Source of the DNA: an uncultured Verrucomicrobiae bacterium | GTDB taxonomy: Bacteria; Verrucomicrobiota; Verrucomicrobiia; Limisphaerales; UBA11358 | Direction: 5' to 3' | Assembly: GCA_963806905.1 (NCBI GenBank) | Contig: CAWEAA010000008.1 | Location: 392,447-456,446 of the forward strand | DNA length: 64,000 nt | Shown: one piece after another, positions 35,305 to 44,276 of the stretch | Layout of the letters: every line of letters begins with the position of its first letter | Numbering within the stretch: the first letter of the stretch is position 1 | Made by a program: the position numbers and the translations under genes | Notes under the pieces: model-generated | Told to the model about the DNA's origin: nothing | The model's database searches: none | Seen by the model: only the letters and a program-made list of their open reading frames with translations

Positions 35305-36171
35305 TTAACCAATCAACTCCTGGATCTTTGATTTGATGTCACCGCCGCGCATCAATGATTCGCCGACCAAAATGGCGTTGGCGCCGCATTGCTTCAAACG
35401 TTCCACGTCCGCGCGCGTGTGAATGCCGCTTTCGGCGATGAGGAGTGACGAGTGACGGGTGGCGGGTGACGAGAATAGCTTACCCGCGATTTTTTCGGTT
35501 GTGGCCAGGTCAACTTTGAATGTCTTCAAATCGCGGTTGTTCACGCCGATAAGGGTCGCGCCAATTTTCATCGCGCGTTCCAATTCCGGTTCATCATGAA
35601 CCTCCACCAGCGCCGCCAGACCGGCCTCGGTGGCCAGCGAATGGAATTTTTTCAATTGGTCGTCGGTCAAGATCGCGACGATGAGCAGGATGGCGTCCGC
35701 GCCCCATTCGATGGCTTCGAGGATTTGCCGCTCGTCAATGATGAAGTCTTTTCGCAGCAGCGGCAATTTCACCGCTGTGCGAATCTGACGGAGATACTCG
35801 AGCGAGCCTTGAAAGAATTTCTCGTCGGTCAAGACCGACAGGCAACTTGCACCCGCCGCTTCGTATGCCTTCGCGATGCGGACTGGATCGAAGTTCTGGC
35901 AAATCACGCCCGCCGAAGGCGAGGCCTTTTTGACTTCGGCAATCAGCGCGATGGAATGTAGCACAGGCGTCTCGCCTGTCGGGTTAGAGGAAAAGCAAGC
36001 CGCCGGGACGGCTACGCTACATCGCCGCGGATTTTTCAGCGCGGCAATGAAATCGCGTTGTTCGCCGCGTTCGAGCAGGGCGTCGCGCAAATCGCCGGCG
36101 GCAATGAGCCGCGCCGGCAATTGCGTGATCTCGCGTTTCTTCTGCTCAACGATTTTGTCGAGGATCGTCAT
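35305..36171 (-). CDS. trpC: indole-3-glycerol-phosphate synthase
   Basis: 288 aa; IAEVKKASPSAG, LLRKDFIID and IAESGI motifs. Contains two repeat-derived in-frame insertions. Confidence 0.9.
   Translation of the reverse strand: MTILDKIVEQKKREITQLPARLIAAGDLRDALLERGEQRDFIAALKNPRRCSVAVPAACFSSNPTGETPVLHSIALIAEVKKASPSAGVICQNFDPVRIAKAYEAAGASCLSVLTDEKFFQGSLEYLRQIRTAVKLPLLRKDFIIDERQILEAIEWGADAILLIVAILTDDQLKKFHSLATEAGLAALVEVHDEPELERAMKIGATLIGVNNRDLKTFKVDLATTEKIAGKLFSSPATRHSSLLIAESGIHTRADVERLKQCGANAILVGESLMRGGDIKSKIQELIG
35443..35473. repeat. heptad-periodic tract inside trpC
   Basis: GAGTGAC GAGTGAC GGGTGGC GGGTGAC GAG on the plus strand, translated (minus) as SSPATRHSSL just before IAESGI. Confidence 0.75.
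35958..36020. repeat. REPIN-like doublet inside trpC (63 nt, in frame)
   Basis: GTAGCACAGGCGTCTCGCCTGT... at the left end and ...GCCGGGACGGCTACGCTAC at the right end (GTAGCGTAGCCGTCCCGGC on the other strand). Removing it leaves ALKNPRRYSIALIAEVKKASPS. Confidence 0.7.
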
Positions 36172-36835
36172 TTTTTTTGCCGAGTCTGATCAATACAATC
36201 ATTCCAAATGTGTCGTTCTTCCAACCATCTTTCTGAGCTTCGGCTTTTGATTTTTCAAAGCTCTGCGATGAAAGGCAAATTCCTGCAAACGCATCAAATT
36301 CTATTCCCGATTCGACGAGATTAAATATCTGCTTTGGAGCATTTGAAACATCTTGTTCATTGTATTGTCGAAGCGAAATGAAAGCGATTCCTGCGGGACA
36401 ACCTACATGTTTTGGAACGCTCGAAGCATCTTCCACAGCGATGCGGAGAATGTCTTCAATTTTTTGTTTAATGTTTGGTAGAAGTTCTTTAGCAAATTCT
36501 ATTGACTCATATTTGGCTTCAATTGCGTAGTCCGACTGATTAGGCGGTGAATTGAAACGTAGCCACAAATCGTTTCGCCCATAACCTTCCCCTTCCTCAC
36601 GGCTCTTTTTTGTCCGCCATTCCTCAAGGGTCACCGCGCCAACAAGTGTCGCAGCCGCAGCAAGCAAACCAATGCAGGGTCTTTCACTATAAAGCCAAGG
36701 ATTTTCTGGTGGAACCCTTTCACAATAGCGCTGTTGAACATTCAGCCATTCATCCAGTAATTGTTTGAACTCTGGAAGTTTTGAACTATCAACGGCGACT
36801 TTGGTTTGAAATTCCATAATATATCTGCATTTCAT
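36146..36835 (-). CDS. hypothetical protein (AT-rich insertion between prfB and trpC), possible PD-(D/E)xK-like motif
   Basis: 229 aa, AT-rich. Candidate D...ExK (GRNDLWLRF ... DYAIEAKYE). The 3' end overlaps the trpC start by 26 nt; the start lies 11 nt after the prfB stop. Confidence 0.5.
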   Translation of the reverse strand: MKCRYIMEFQTKVAVDSSKLPEFKQLLDEWLNVQQRYCERVPPENPWLYSERPCIGLLAAAATLVGAVTLEEWRTKKSREEGEGYGRNDLWLRFNSPPNQSDYAIEAKYESIEFAKELLPNIKQKIEDILRIAVEDASSVPKHVGCPAGIAFISLRQYNEQDVSNAPKQIFNLVESGIEFDAFAGICLSSQSFEKSKAEAQKDGWKNDTFGMIVLIRLGKKNDDPRQNR

Positions 36836-36846
36836 GCGGCCCTAAA

Positions 36847-37993
36847 TTATTCCTCCTCATCCTTCACGCCTTGCATCCGCTTGGTCGGGCAGCCGGCGCG
36901 GAGCCAGCCGTTCACGAATCGATCCAAATCGCCGTCCATCACTGCCTGTACATTGCTCGTTTCGATGCCGGTGCGCAAATCCTTCACCATGCGATACGGC
37001 TGGAACACGTAGCTGCGAATCTGGTTGCCCCACGAAATGCTGCCTTTCTCGCCGTAAAACCGCTCCATCTCGGCCTTCGCCGCGTCCTGCCGCTGGGCAT
37101 AAATCCGCGAGAGCAACAGCTTCATCGCCGTGGCACGGTTCTGGTGCTGCGACCGCTGGGTTTGCGACGCGACGACCAACCCGGTCGGAATGTGCGTGAT
37201 GCGCACGGCGGTCTCGACCTTGTTCACGTTCTGGCCGCCCTTGCCGCCGGAACGGAACGTGTCCACTTCAAATTCGTTTGGTGGGATGATGAGTTCGGAA
37301 TCATTTTCCTCGATTTCCGCAATCACATCCACGCTGGCGAAGCTGGTGTGACGCCGCTTGTTGGAATCAAACGGCGAGATGCGTACGAGCCGGTGGACGC
37401 CGCGTTCGGCCTTGGCAAAACCGTACGCATTTTCGCCCTGAAGCAGCATAGTGACGCTCTTGAGGCCCGCGCCTTCGCCGGGCAATGCGTCGGTGACTTC
37501 GACCTCCCAGCCGCGCGATTCGGCCCAGCGCTGATACATGCGCGACAGCATTTCCGCCCAATCCTGCGCCTCGGTGCCGCCGGCGCCGGCGTTGATGCTG
37601 AAGATGCAATTCTTCCGATCATGCGGGCCGCTGAGAAAAACCTTCAGCTCCAGCGCGTCGAGGTCCTTGAAAAATTTCGCGACGTCGCGTTCCAATTCCT
37701 GCTGGACTTTCGCTTGTGCTTCGGGCGGCTCGGCCTCGCCGAGTTCGAGCATCACGCGGAAATCCTCCAGATGTTTTTCCGCCAGGAGCAGCGGCTCGAT
37801 TTTGTTGCGGAGGGAATTGGCCTCGTCAATCAGCGTCTGCGCCTTTTCGCGGTTGTTCCAGAAATTGTCGGCGGCCATCAGCGAATTGAGTTCGCCGAGG
37901 CGCTTCTGCGCGGCGGGCACGTCAAAGAAACCTCCGCAGGTGCGCGAGTTTCTCCGATGCCGTCGTAATTTCCGTTTTGACCGTTTCGAACAT
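36847..37993 (-). CDS. prfB: peptide chain release factor 2, with programmed +1 frameshift
   Basis: Frame 0 reads MFETVKTEITTASEKLAHLRRFL and then an in-frame TGA. The +1 frame continues DVPAAQKRLGEL... with SPF and GGQ motifs (ISPFDS, GGKGGQNVNKVETAVR). Confidence 0.95.
37921..37927 (-). promoter_or_regulatory. RF2 autoregulatory +1 frameshift site CTT TGA C
   Basis: The minus strand reads GCGGAGG TTT CTT TGA C: an SD-like GGAGG 3 nt upstream of the slippery CTT plus the TGA C stop context, as in E. coli prfB. Confidence 0.9.
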
Positions 37994-38049
37994 GGGGCGG
38001 AAAATAGCGGAAGCTGACACGAATGACACTAATTTTCACAAATCAAAAT

Positions 38050-38134
38050 GTAGGAGCCGACGTGAGGAGGCTCATTCTTAGTCGGAAACCGGGAGGAGTC
38101 CAAAATATTTGAGACTCGTTACCTCGTCTCCTAC
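38050..38134. repeat. intergenic REPIN-like doublet (85 nt)
   Basis: GTAGGAGCCGACGTGAGGAGGCTC at the left end. The right end reads GTAGGAGACGAGGTAACGAGTCTC on the other strand. Related singlet at 62137-62162. Confidence 0.75.
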
Positions 38135-38170
38135 GGTAAAAAAGTACGAAACTCCAAACGCGCCCTACCA

Positions 38171-38866
38171 TCACGGAATCGCCAAACGGTTCGTGGCGAG
38201 GCCGGTTTGGTGAAACAATTGGCACAGATTGGATGAGGTCGTTTGCTTAACGCTGCCATCGTCGAAAAGGATGTTACCGACAAATCTGTCTCGCGCTGCC
38301 GTCCAGAAATGTGAATTTGGCGAAACATGGCGTCTAGAATTCCAAACGATGGGAATATTTGTCGAAATTTGCAGCAGACCGGATTTTACCGCAACGCCCT
38401 CGATGGCAAAGTTATCATCACCGGCGAGGAAGGCTCGGGGATGATTAGTGTCCGCAGCCACGCCGACAAAATAGCTGATGTGTGAGTTGTCGAAGCCTGA
38501 AGAATAATTGGTCGCCCAGACCCGGGACTTATCCTCCGGGCAAAGCAGTATTTTGGGTGTACTTAACTCATTGGACATCACTTGAAAACAGGCGGCGACA
38601 TTTCCGGTTGCAACCAACTCCATTGTTCCGCCATTCGTCACCGAAACCTCCATTGGGAATTTGCCGTTGTAATCGTCAGCCCAAACCAGGAATGAAATGT
38701 CGATTTGCCGGAGATTATTGTAGCAATTAGTTTTTTGAGCTTTTCCCATTGCTGCAAAAAATGCAGGCAGCAGCAATGCCGAAAGAACAGCCAGTATCGC
38801 AATCACTATCAACACCTCAATGATCGTCAGCGCCTGATTTCTTTGATTTGAACGGCGCGGTTTCAT
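38171..38866 (-). CDS. prepilin-type N-terminal cleavage/methylation domain protein (pseudopilin-like)
   Basis: ATG 38866 in ORF 38171-39040; N-terminus MKPRRSNQRNQALTIIEVLIVIAILAVLSALLLP. Confidence 0.75.
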   Translation of the reverse strand: MKPRRSNQRNQALTIIEVLIVIAILAVLSALLLPAFFAAMGKAQKTNCYNNLRQIDISFLVWADDYNGKFPMEVSVTNGGTMELVATGNVAACFQVMSNELSTPKILLCPEDKSRVWATNYSSGFDNSHISYFVGVAADTNHPRAFLAGDDNFAIEGVAVKSGLLQISTNIPIVWNSRRHVSPNSHFWTAARDRFVGNILFDDGSVKQTTSSNLCQLFHQTGLATNRLAIP

Positions 38867-38885
38867 GATGCGAAACCGGACTTTT

Positions 38886-39464
38886 TTACTTGTGGTTGCC
38901 GCCGGTAAGCGTGATCGCGTAAATGATAAGACCGATGATAAGCAAAGCGGCAACGATGCCGATGATGAGAAAGATGTGGTTGACCTTGTCGGACTTTTTT
39001 GAAAATTCCTTGTTGGTGTCGAAACCCGACGGGCGTCCACCGCCCGATTCCAATTCGCCCAAACTCACGCCCCGCGGCATGACCATTGTGCTTTCCGAAG
39101 CCTTTTTGGCGGACGCACCAGACGGCGCCGGCGCGGGAGCGGGCACGGATGCCGGAGTTCCCGCGGTGGACGGCGCCCCGGCGGTATCGAGGCGCAGCTC
39201 CACGTTGCCCAGGCGCAAGGTCTGGCCGGGTTTCAAAACGCTTTCGGCAATCTTCTGGTTGTTGATGTACGTGCCGTTGGTGGAATCGAGGTCTTTGATC
39301 ACGACGTTGTTGTCGCGCAAAAGCACCTCACAATGATGGCTGGAGACGGACGGCTCGGCGATTTGAAACGTGTTATCCTCCACCCGTCCGATGGTGGTGC
39401 GATCCGCTTTCAACTCATGCGCCCGGTCGGTCATGCCCTGAGTCAGGATAACAAGTTTGGCCAT
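38886..39464 (-). CDS. FHA-domain protein with C-terminal membrane anchor
   Basis: 192 aa. FHA pattern (TTIGRVEDNTFQI...VSSHHCEV...DLDSTNGTYINNQKI). C-terminal TM IFLIIGIVAALLIIGLIIYAI. Confidence 0.8.
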   Translation of the reverse strand: MAKLVILTQGMTDRAHELKADRTTIGRVEDNTFQIAEPSVSSHHCEVLLRDNNVVIKDLDSTNGTYINNQKIAESVLKPGQTLRLGNVELRLDTAGAPSTAGTPASVPAPAPAPSGASAKKASESTMVMPRGVSLGELESGGGRPSGFDTNKEFSKKSDKVNHIFLIIGIVAALLIIGLIIYAITLTGGNHK

Positions 39465-39531
39465 AAATTACGGTGAACCGATTATGACGGCTGCCCGTTT
39501 CAAGTCAAACGGAAATCTCATTATCTGGTCA

Positions 39532-40689
39532 TCAACCCCGCCGTTCAATCAAGGCGCGGAATTCGGCGAACAGCGGTATCGAATCATGCGGCCCGGGCGA
39601 GGCTTCAGGATGATATTGCACGCAGAAAACCGGTTTGGTCTTGTGCCGCAAACCTTCGACGGTCTGGTCGTTGAGATTGATGCGATTCACGGCCACGTCC
39701 GGCGGCAGGCTGGCCGGGTCCACGGCGAATCCATGGTTCTGGGCCGTGATTTCCACCCGACCGGTCTCGAAATCCTTCACCGGCTGGTTCGCGCCGCGAT
39801 GGCCGAATTTCAATTTGAAGGTTTTGCCTCCGAACGCTTGGCCGAGAATCTGGTGGCCGAGGCAAATCCCGAAAATCGGAATGCCAGTATCCACGAGCGT
39901 TTTCACTTCGCGCACAATGTAATCGAGCGCCGCCGGGTCGCCGGGGCCGTTGGACAGAAAAATGCCAGCCGGTTTGTGCTTGAGCACGTCGGCGGCAGAC
40001 GCCGTCGCCGGCAAAACCTGCACGCTGAAGCCGTGCTGACGCAGCCGGCGCAGAATGTTGTATTTCAGTCCGTAATCCAGGGCGACAATGGGAATGTCCG
40101 CCGGCGGCAGCGGCTTGCGATTTTGCCGGGCGTCAGCCGTCGCTTCGCCGCGCACCAGGTCGAACGCCCCGCTTTGCTCGTCCTTTTCATCCCAGTGGAA
40201 CGCTTTCTTGTGCGTGACTTCCTTGACGTAATCCACACCCAGGAAGACGAATTCCTTCGCCCGCCGCACGGCCTCCTCGTCCGGGATGTTTTCCGTGGAA
40301 ATAAATCCGTTCATCGCGCCGCGCACGCGGAGTTTTTTGGTCAACGCCCGCGTGTCAAGGCCTTGAATGCCCGGAACGCCGTTTTTCTCCAGGTATTCAG
40401 CGAGCGAAAAATCCGCGCGCCAGTTGCTGACGACCGGCGAGAGTTCGCGGACGACAAAGCCGGCGACATGCGGCTGCCACGATTCCACATCCACGGCGTT
40501 GACCCCGTAATTGCCGATGAGCGGATAGGTCATCGTGACGATCTGGCCTTTGTAGGAGGGGTCGGTGAGGATTTCCTGGTAGCCGGTCATCGAAGTATTG
40601 AAGCAGACCTCGCCGCACGCGGATGCGCCCGCGCCGAAACCCTGCCCGTGATACACCGAGCCGTCTTCAAGGGCCAGAATTGCTTTCAT
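39532..40689 (-). CDS. carA: carbamoyl-phosphate synthase small (glutaminase) subunit
   Basis: 385 aa; [15 protein letters not shown] start and the GATase active site GICLGHQ. Confidence 0.95.
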   Translation of the reverse strand: MKAILALEDGSVYHGQGFGAGASACGEVCFNTSMTGYQEILTDPSYKGQIVTMTYPLIGNYGVNAVDVESWQPHVAGFVVRELSPVVSNWRADFSLAEYLEKNGVPGIQGLDTRALTKKLRVRGAMNGFISTENIPDEEAVRRAKEFVFLGVDYVKEVTHKKAFHWDEKDEQSGAFDLVRGEATADARQNRKPLPPADIPIVALDYGLKYNILRRLRQHGFSVQVLPATASAADVLKHKPAGIFLSNGPGDPAALDYIVREVKTLVDTGIPIFGICLGHQILGQAFGGKTFKLKFGHRGANQPVKDFETGRVEITAQNHGFAVDPASLPPDVAVNRINLNDQTVEGLRHKTKPVFCVQYHPEASPGPHDSIPLFAEFRALIERRG

Positions 40690-40739
40690 CGAGATATACC
40701 AATGCTAAAGTTGCGGCGCCGCCGGTTCAAGTTTTTAGG

Positions 40740-40774
40740 AAAATAAAAAGGCGCGACCTGTTTCAGACCGCGCC
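40740..40774 (-). terminator. rho-independent terminator after the thioredoxin-like gene
   Basis: Minus strand: GGCGCGGTC-TGAAACA-GGTCGCGCC followed by TTTTTATTTT. Confidence 0.6.
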
Positions 40775-40795
40775 GGGAAGCAAAATCATTTTGGC

Positions 40796-41239
40796 TCAAC
40801 CTTTGGCCTTGAATTTTTCCAGCCTGGCGATGAACGCCTTCGGACCGCCCTTGGAGTAGCCCACCTGCCGTCCGATTTCCTTGCCGTCCTTGTCCAGCAC
40901 AACCAGCGTCGGGTAGCCGTGGATGTTGTATTGGTCCTTCAAGGCGGCGTTGGCTTTTTTCAATTCGGCGGACTGGACTTTTTTGCTTGGATAATCCAGT
41001 TCGACGAGCACGACATTCTTCGCGGCGTAGTCCTGAAACTCCGCTGTGTCGAGCACTTCCTTTTTGAACTTGATGCACCAGCTGCACCAGTCCGAGCCGG
41101 TGAAATCCATGAGCACGATTTTACTTTCGGCTTTTGCCCGGGCCTCGGCTTTGGACAAGTCGGTGAGCCAGGTGGATTCCGCCGCGTTCACCCGCCATAA
41201 CGCCGTGGCGGCCAGCAAGACGATGACAATTTTTTTCAT
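40796..41239 (-). CDS. secreted thioredoxin-fold protein
   Basis: ATG 41239 in ORF 40796-41419 with a signal peptide MKKIVIVLLAATALWRVNA. Redox motif WCSWC. Confidence 0.8.
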   Translation of the reverse strand: MKKIVIVLLAATALWRVNAAESTWLTDLSKAEARAKAESKIVLMDFTGSDWCSWCIKFKKEVLDTAEFQDYAAKNVVLVELDYPSKKVQSAELKKANAALKDQYNIHGYPTLVVLDKDGKEIGRQVGYSKGGPKAFIARLEKFKAKG

Positions 41240-41261
41240 GGTTCGAATTGAAATTCGGTCA

Positions 41262-42696
41262 TTAGACCGTGACCAGTTCGTTTTGTTCAGACCAGACCCG
41301 CTTTCCAGCGACAATCGTGGCCACGGCCCGGCCTTTGAGTTTCCAGCCGTAAAATGGACTGTTGGCCGATTTGCTGGCCGTCGTCGCGCGGTCGAAAACC
41401 CATTCGCGGTCGGGATCAAAAACCGTTACGTCCGCGTCCGCGCCGGCACTCAGCGTGCCCTTGTTCAAATTGAGCAACCGCGCCGGGTTGACTGTGAATT
41501 TAGCAATCATGTCCGGCAGCGAAAGCCGTTTGGCATGGACGAGTTGCATCAGTGAAAGCGCCAGCTCGGTTTCCAATCCGGTGATGCCGAATGGCGCATA
41601 GTCGAATTCCACCTCCTTTTCATAATCGCAATGCGGCGCGTGATCGCTGCACAATATTTCAATCGTGCCGTCGGCCAGGCCTTCGAGAATCGCCTCGCGG
41701 TCGCGCGCGGAACGCAACGGCGGGTTCATTTTGAAATTGGTGTCGTATTTCGGCCATTCGGGAAAGTCCGGAGTTCGCCCGTCCTCCGCATTAGCTCTGC
41801 TATGGAGGGTGGAGAGTTCGGAGTTCGGAGTTCGGAAGATTTGTTTTCCGTCGTTGGCCCAGAATTTTTCACTGCCGGCCACGGCGGCGTCGGTGAGCGT
41901 GAAATGGTGCGGACATGCCTCGCCGGAAATCGGCACGCCGCGTTTCTTCGCCTCGCGCAGCAAAGCGACGCTGCCCAGCCGCGCTCAAGTGCTGGCAATG
42001 GACTTTCGCGCCGGTCAGTTCCGCGAGCAGGATGTTCCGCGCCACGATGACTTCCTCGCCCGCCGAAGGCCAGCCGCGCAGGCCGAGGACCGTGCTCCAG
42101 TAACCCTCGTGCATCACGCCGTCGGTCACGAGCGAATAATCCTGGCAATGGTCCATCACCGGCAGTTCGAACATTTTCGCGTATTCGCAGGCGCGGCGCA
42201 TGAGTTCGTTGTTCTGCACGCAATGGCCGTCGTCGGTGATGGCCACGACGCCGGCGCGTTTCAGGCCGCCAATCGGCGCGAGTTCTTCGCCGGCAATGCC
42301 CTTGCTTATGGCGCCGGTCACGAAGACATTGACGATGCCCTGCTGCACGGCGCGTTCGCGGATGAGCGCAACGGTCCCGGCATTGTCAATCGCCGGCGAT
42401 GTGTTCGGCATGCAGACGACGGAAGTGAATCCGCCGCGCGCGGCGGCGGCGGTGCCGGTGGCGAGGGTTTCCTTGGCCGTTTGTCCCGGTTCGCGCAAAT
42501 GGACGTGCAAATCAATCAAGCCGGGACAAACCACCAGGCCGTTCACCGCCATTCGTTCGGTGTCGCGCGGCGCCTTCTTCGCCGCGTCCGCGCCGACCGC
42601 TGTGATTTTGCCCTCCGAAATTAAAACGTCTGTTTTGGCGTCGAGACGGTTGGCCGGATCCACGACGCGCCCGCCGGTGAGAAGCAACGCTGCCAT
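41262..42696 (-). pseudogene. pyrC: dihydroorotase, interrupted by a 1-nt frameshift (or assembly error)
   Basis: ORF 41869-42798 (true ATG 42696; DLHVHLREPG ... HCQHLSAAG) and ORF 41262-41963 (LREAKKRGVPISGEACPHHF...) are the N and C parts. The frames meet at the CCC run 41974-41976; removing one C gives HLSAAGSVALLREAKK. Confidence 0.85.
41814..41836. repeat. (GAGTTCG)3 heptanucleotide repeat inside pyrC
   Basis: GAGTTCG GAGTTCG GAGTTCG GA, translated (minus) within FRTPNSELS. Confidence 0.8.
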
Positions 42697-42744
42697 GCGC
42701 GGCGACGATACACGCGTGGAATTGACAAGGCAAGCCGGTTTGGT

Positions 42745-42822
42745 AGTTTTAAGTTCTGAATTTTGAATTTTGAGTTCAAACGACTTGCCCGGCTTCAACT
42801 CAAAACTCGAAACTTTAAATCA
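42745..42822. repeat. two inverted blocks of heptad-periodic sequence forming a long hairpin between pyrC and tRNA-Gly
   Basis: AGTTTTA AGTTCTG AATTTTG AATTTTG AGTTCAA - CGACTTGCCCGGC - TTCAACTC AAAACTC GAAACTT. Arms TTTTGAGTTCAA and TTCAACTCAAAA pair 11/12. Confidence 0.65.
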
Positions 42823-42832
42823 AGAATTTTTT

Positions 42833-42906
42833 GCGGGCGTAGTTCAATGGTAGAACGGAAGCCTTCCAAGCTTCACACGTGGGTTCGATTCCCATCGCCC
42901 GCTCCA
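42833..42906 (+). tRNA. tRNA-Gly (anticodon UCC), CCA encoded
   Basis: GCGGGCG acceptor stem pairing with CGCCCGC, D-arm AGTTCAATGGTAGAAC, anticodon loop CTTCCAA, T-arm GGGTTCGATTCCC, 3' TCCA. Confidence 0.9.
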
Positions 42907-42918
42907 GTTTTGGAGTTT

Positions 42919-43707
42919 CTAGTAAATGATGGCGTAGGTCACGCCATTGGAACCGGAGATTGCCCAGAGATTCAGGGGATCCACTGATTGCGGAAATTTT
43001 ATAAAGCGCGCGCTGAAGTCGGCCATGACATAATTTGAGCCGCCTGAACCGCCGGCCCCGTTGCTTTGACTGCTCGTCGTGCCATTGTTGTCGTGCCGTC
43101 CTTGTTCAGCAATGCCGGTAAAATCGTTGCCGCCGTTCTCCAACAAATCCATGTAGAAATCGCCCGCGTCATGTCTTTTTTCCCCGAGAAGAATCGTGTC
43201 GCTCGGATGGGCAATGCCACTTTCCTTCATGCTGTCTCCTTCGTTCATACCGTCGGGGTCGCTCGAATTTTGAAAATAATCGTTCCAGCCGTTGATGAAA
43301 TAGCTGCGCGGCGAGGCATCCGGCACATTGTTCGATGGAGAAGAGCCGACGGTTGCCGGGTTGGATAGAAGAACGGTGATGTCGGTGGGACAAAGCAGAA
43401 CGTTTAAGTTTCTGCCGTAGTTGTCGTAAAGATGGTTCGGCCAGCTATCGCTTTCATTTCGCGGCGGATAGGCGCCTTGATTGTCGTCCACGTAAACTTT
43501 GGCGGCGATGCCCAACTGCCGGAGATTGTTCAGGCACGAAATACGGCGGCCGGATTCTTTCGCGCGGGCCAGGACCGGCAGGAGCATGGAGGCCAGAATC
43601 GCGATAATGGCAATGACGACCAGCAGTTCTATCAGGGTGAATGCGACGCTCTTGCGCCCGATGTTTTGTTTCAGGCTGGTCATTTTCGTCTGCGCCGCTA
43701 TTTTCAT
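42919..43707 (-). CDS. prepilin-type N-terminal methylation domain protein with DUF1559-like body
   Basis: 262 aa; [44 protein letters not shown] is the typical PVC-group pseudopilin pattern. Confidence 0.85.
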   Translation of the reverse strand: MKIAAQTKMTSLKQNIGRKSVAFTLIELLVVIAIIAILASMLLPVLARAKESGRRISCLNNLRQLGIAAKVYVDDNQGAYPPRNESDSWPNHLYDNYGRNLNVLLCPTDITVLLSNPATVGSSPSNNVPDASPRSYFINGWNDYFQNSSDPDGMNEGDSMKESGIAHPSDTILLGEKRHDAGDFYMDLLENGGNDFTGIAEQGRHDNNGTTSSQSNGAGGSGGSNYVMADFSARFIKFPQSVDPLNLWAISGSNGVTYAIIY

Positions 43708-43775
43708 AACGATTCATTCAATTCAGGCAGCGAATTGAACATGAGAATGCTGGCAGGGTTTATCATAGGTGTTTT

Positions 43776-44246
43776 ATGCCGAGAAAGCAATGGTTTCTTC
43801 TGGCCGTCGCGCTGGTGCTGGCGGTTGTCTATGTTTGGCATTTCACCGATTGGTTCCAGCATAAGAACATTCACATTTCCTCCACCAGCCGTGCCGCCCT
43901 CTCGCGTTTTCGTGGTGGCGGGATATCCGCGACCGTCGCTTTCAGGCTGGAAAAGGGATACCGGCTCACTGAGGTGAAAGTCGTGCCGCTCGCGGCCTGG
44001 CAGGCCAACCCGGCCGTCGTTCCCGTCTGGCATTTAGTGGGCAATCGCAGATCCACGCCGATGGAATTTTTTCTTTACGGCGAGAACATCGGCGGCATGC
44101 AACCCGCCGTGCCGGGTGCGAAGCCGGGGCCGTTGGAAGACAGTGTCACCTATCGCCTGTTTGTTTCCGCCGGCTCGGTGAAGGGGCAACACGATTTCTG
44201 GATCGGTGGCAAGCCTCCCGAAGAATCGAATTCTGAGGCCCACTGA
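43776..44246 (+). CDS. hypothetical membrane-anchored protein
   Basis: 156 aa with an N-terminal TM WFLLAVALVLAVVYVW. No family recognised. Confidence 0.5.
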   Translation: MPRKQWFLLAVALVLAVVYVWHFTDWFQHKNIHISSTSRAALSRFRGGGISATVAFRLEKGYRLTEVKVVPLAAWQANPAVVPVWHLVGNRRSTPMEFFLYGENIGGMQPAVPGAKPGPLEDSVTYRLFVSAGSVKGQHDFWIGGKPPEESNSEAH

Positions 44247-44276
44247 AATTGGAGACGCGGGCTGCTGGTCCGCGCG

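Noticed and set aside
38886-39464. The FHA proteins (also 55717-56322) as a signalling system with the adjacent pseudopilin
   Set aside because: No kinase, phosphatase or secretion ATPase gene is adjacent. Co-direction alone is insufficient evidence.
42833-43707. tRNA-Gly as an integration site for the adjacent pseudopilin gene
   Set aside because: No direct repeat of the tRNA 3' end was seen downstream and there is no integrase. Pseudopilin genes of this type are scattered throughout such genomes.
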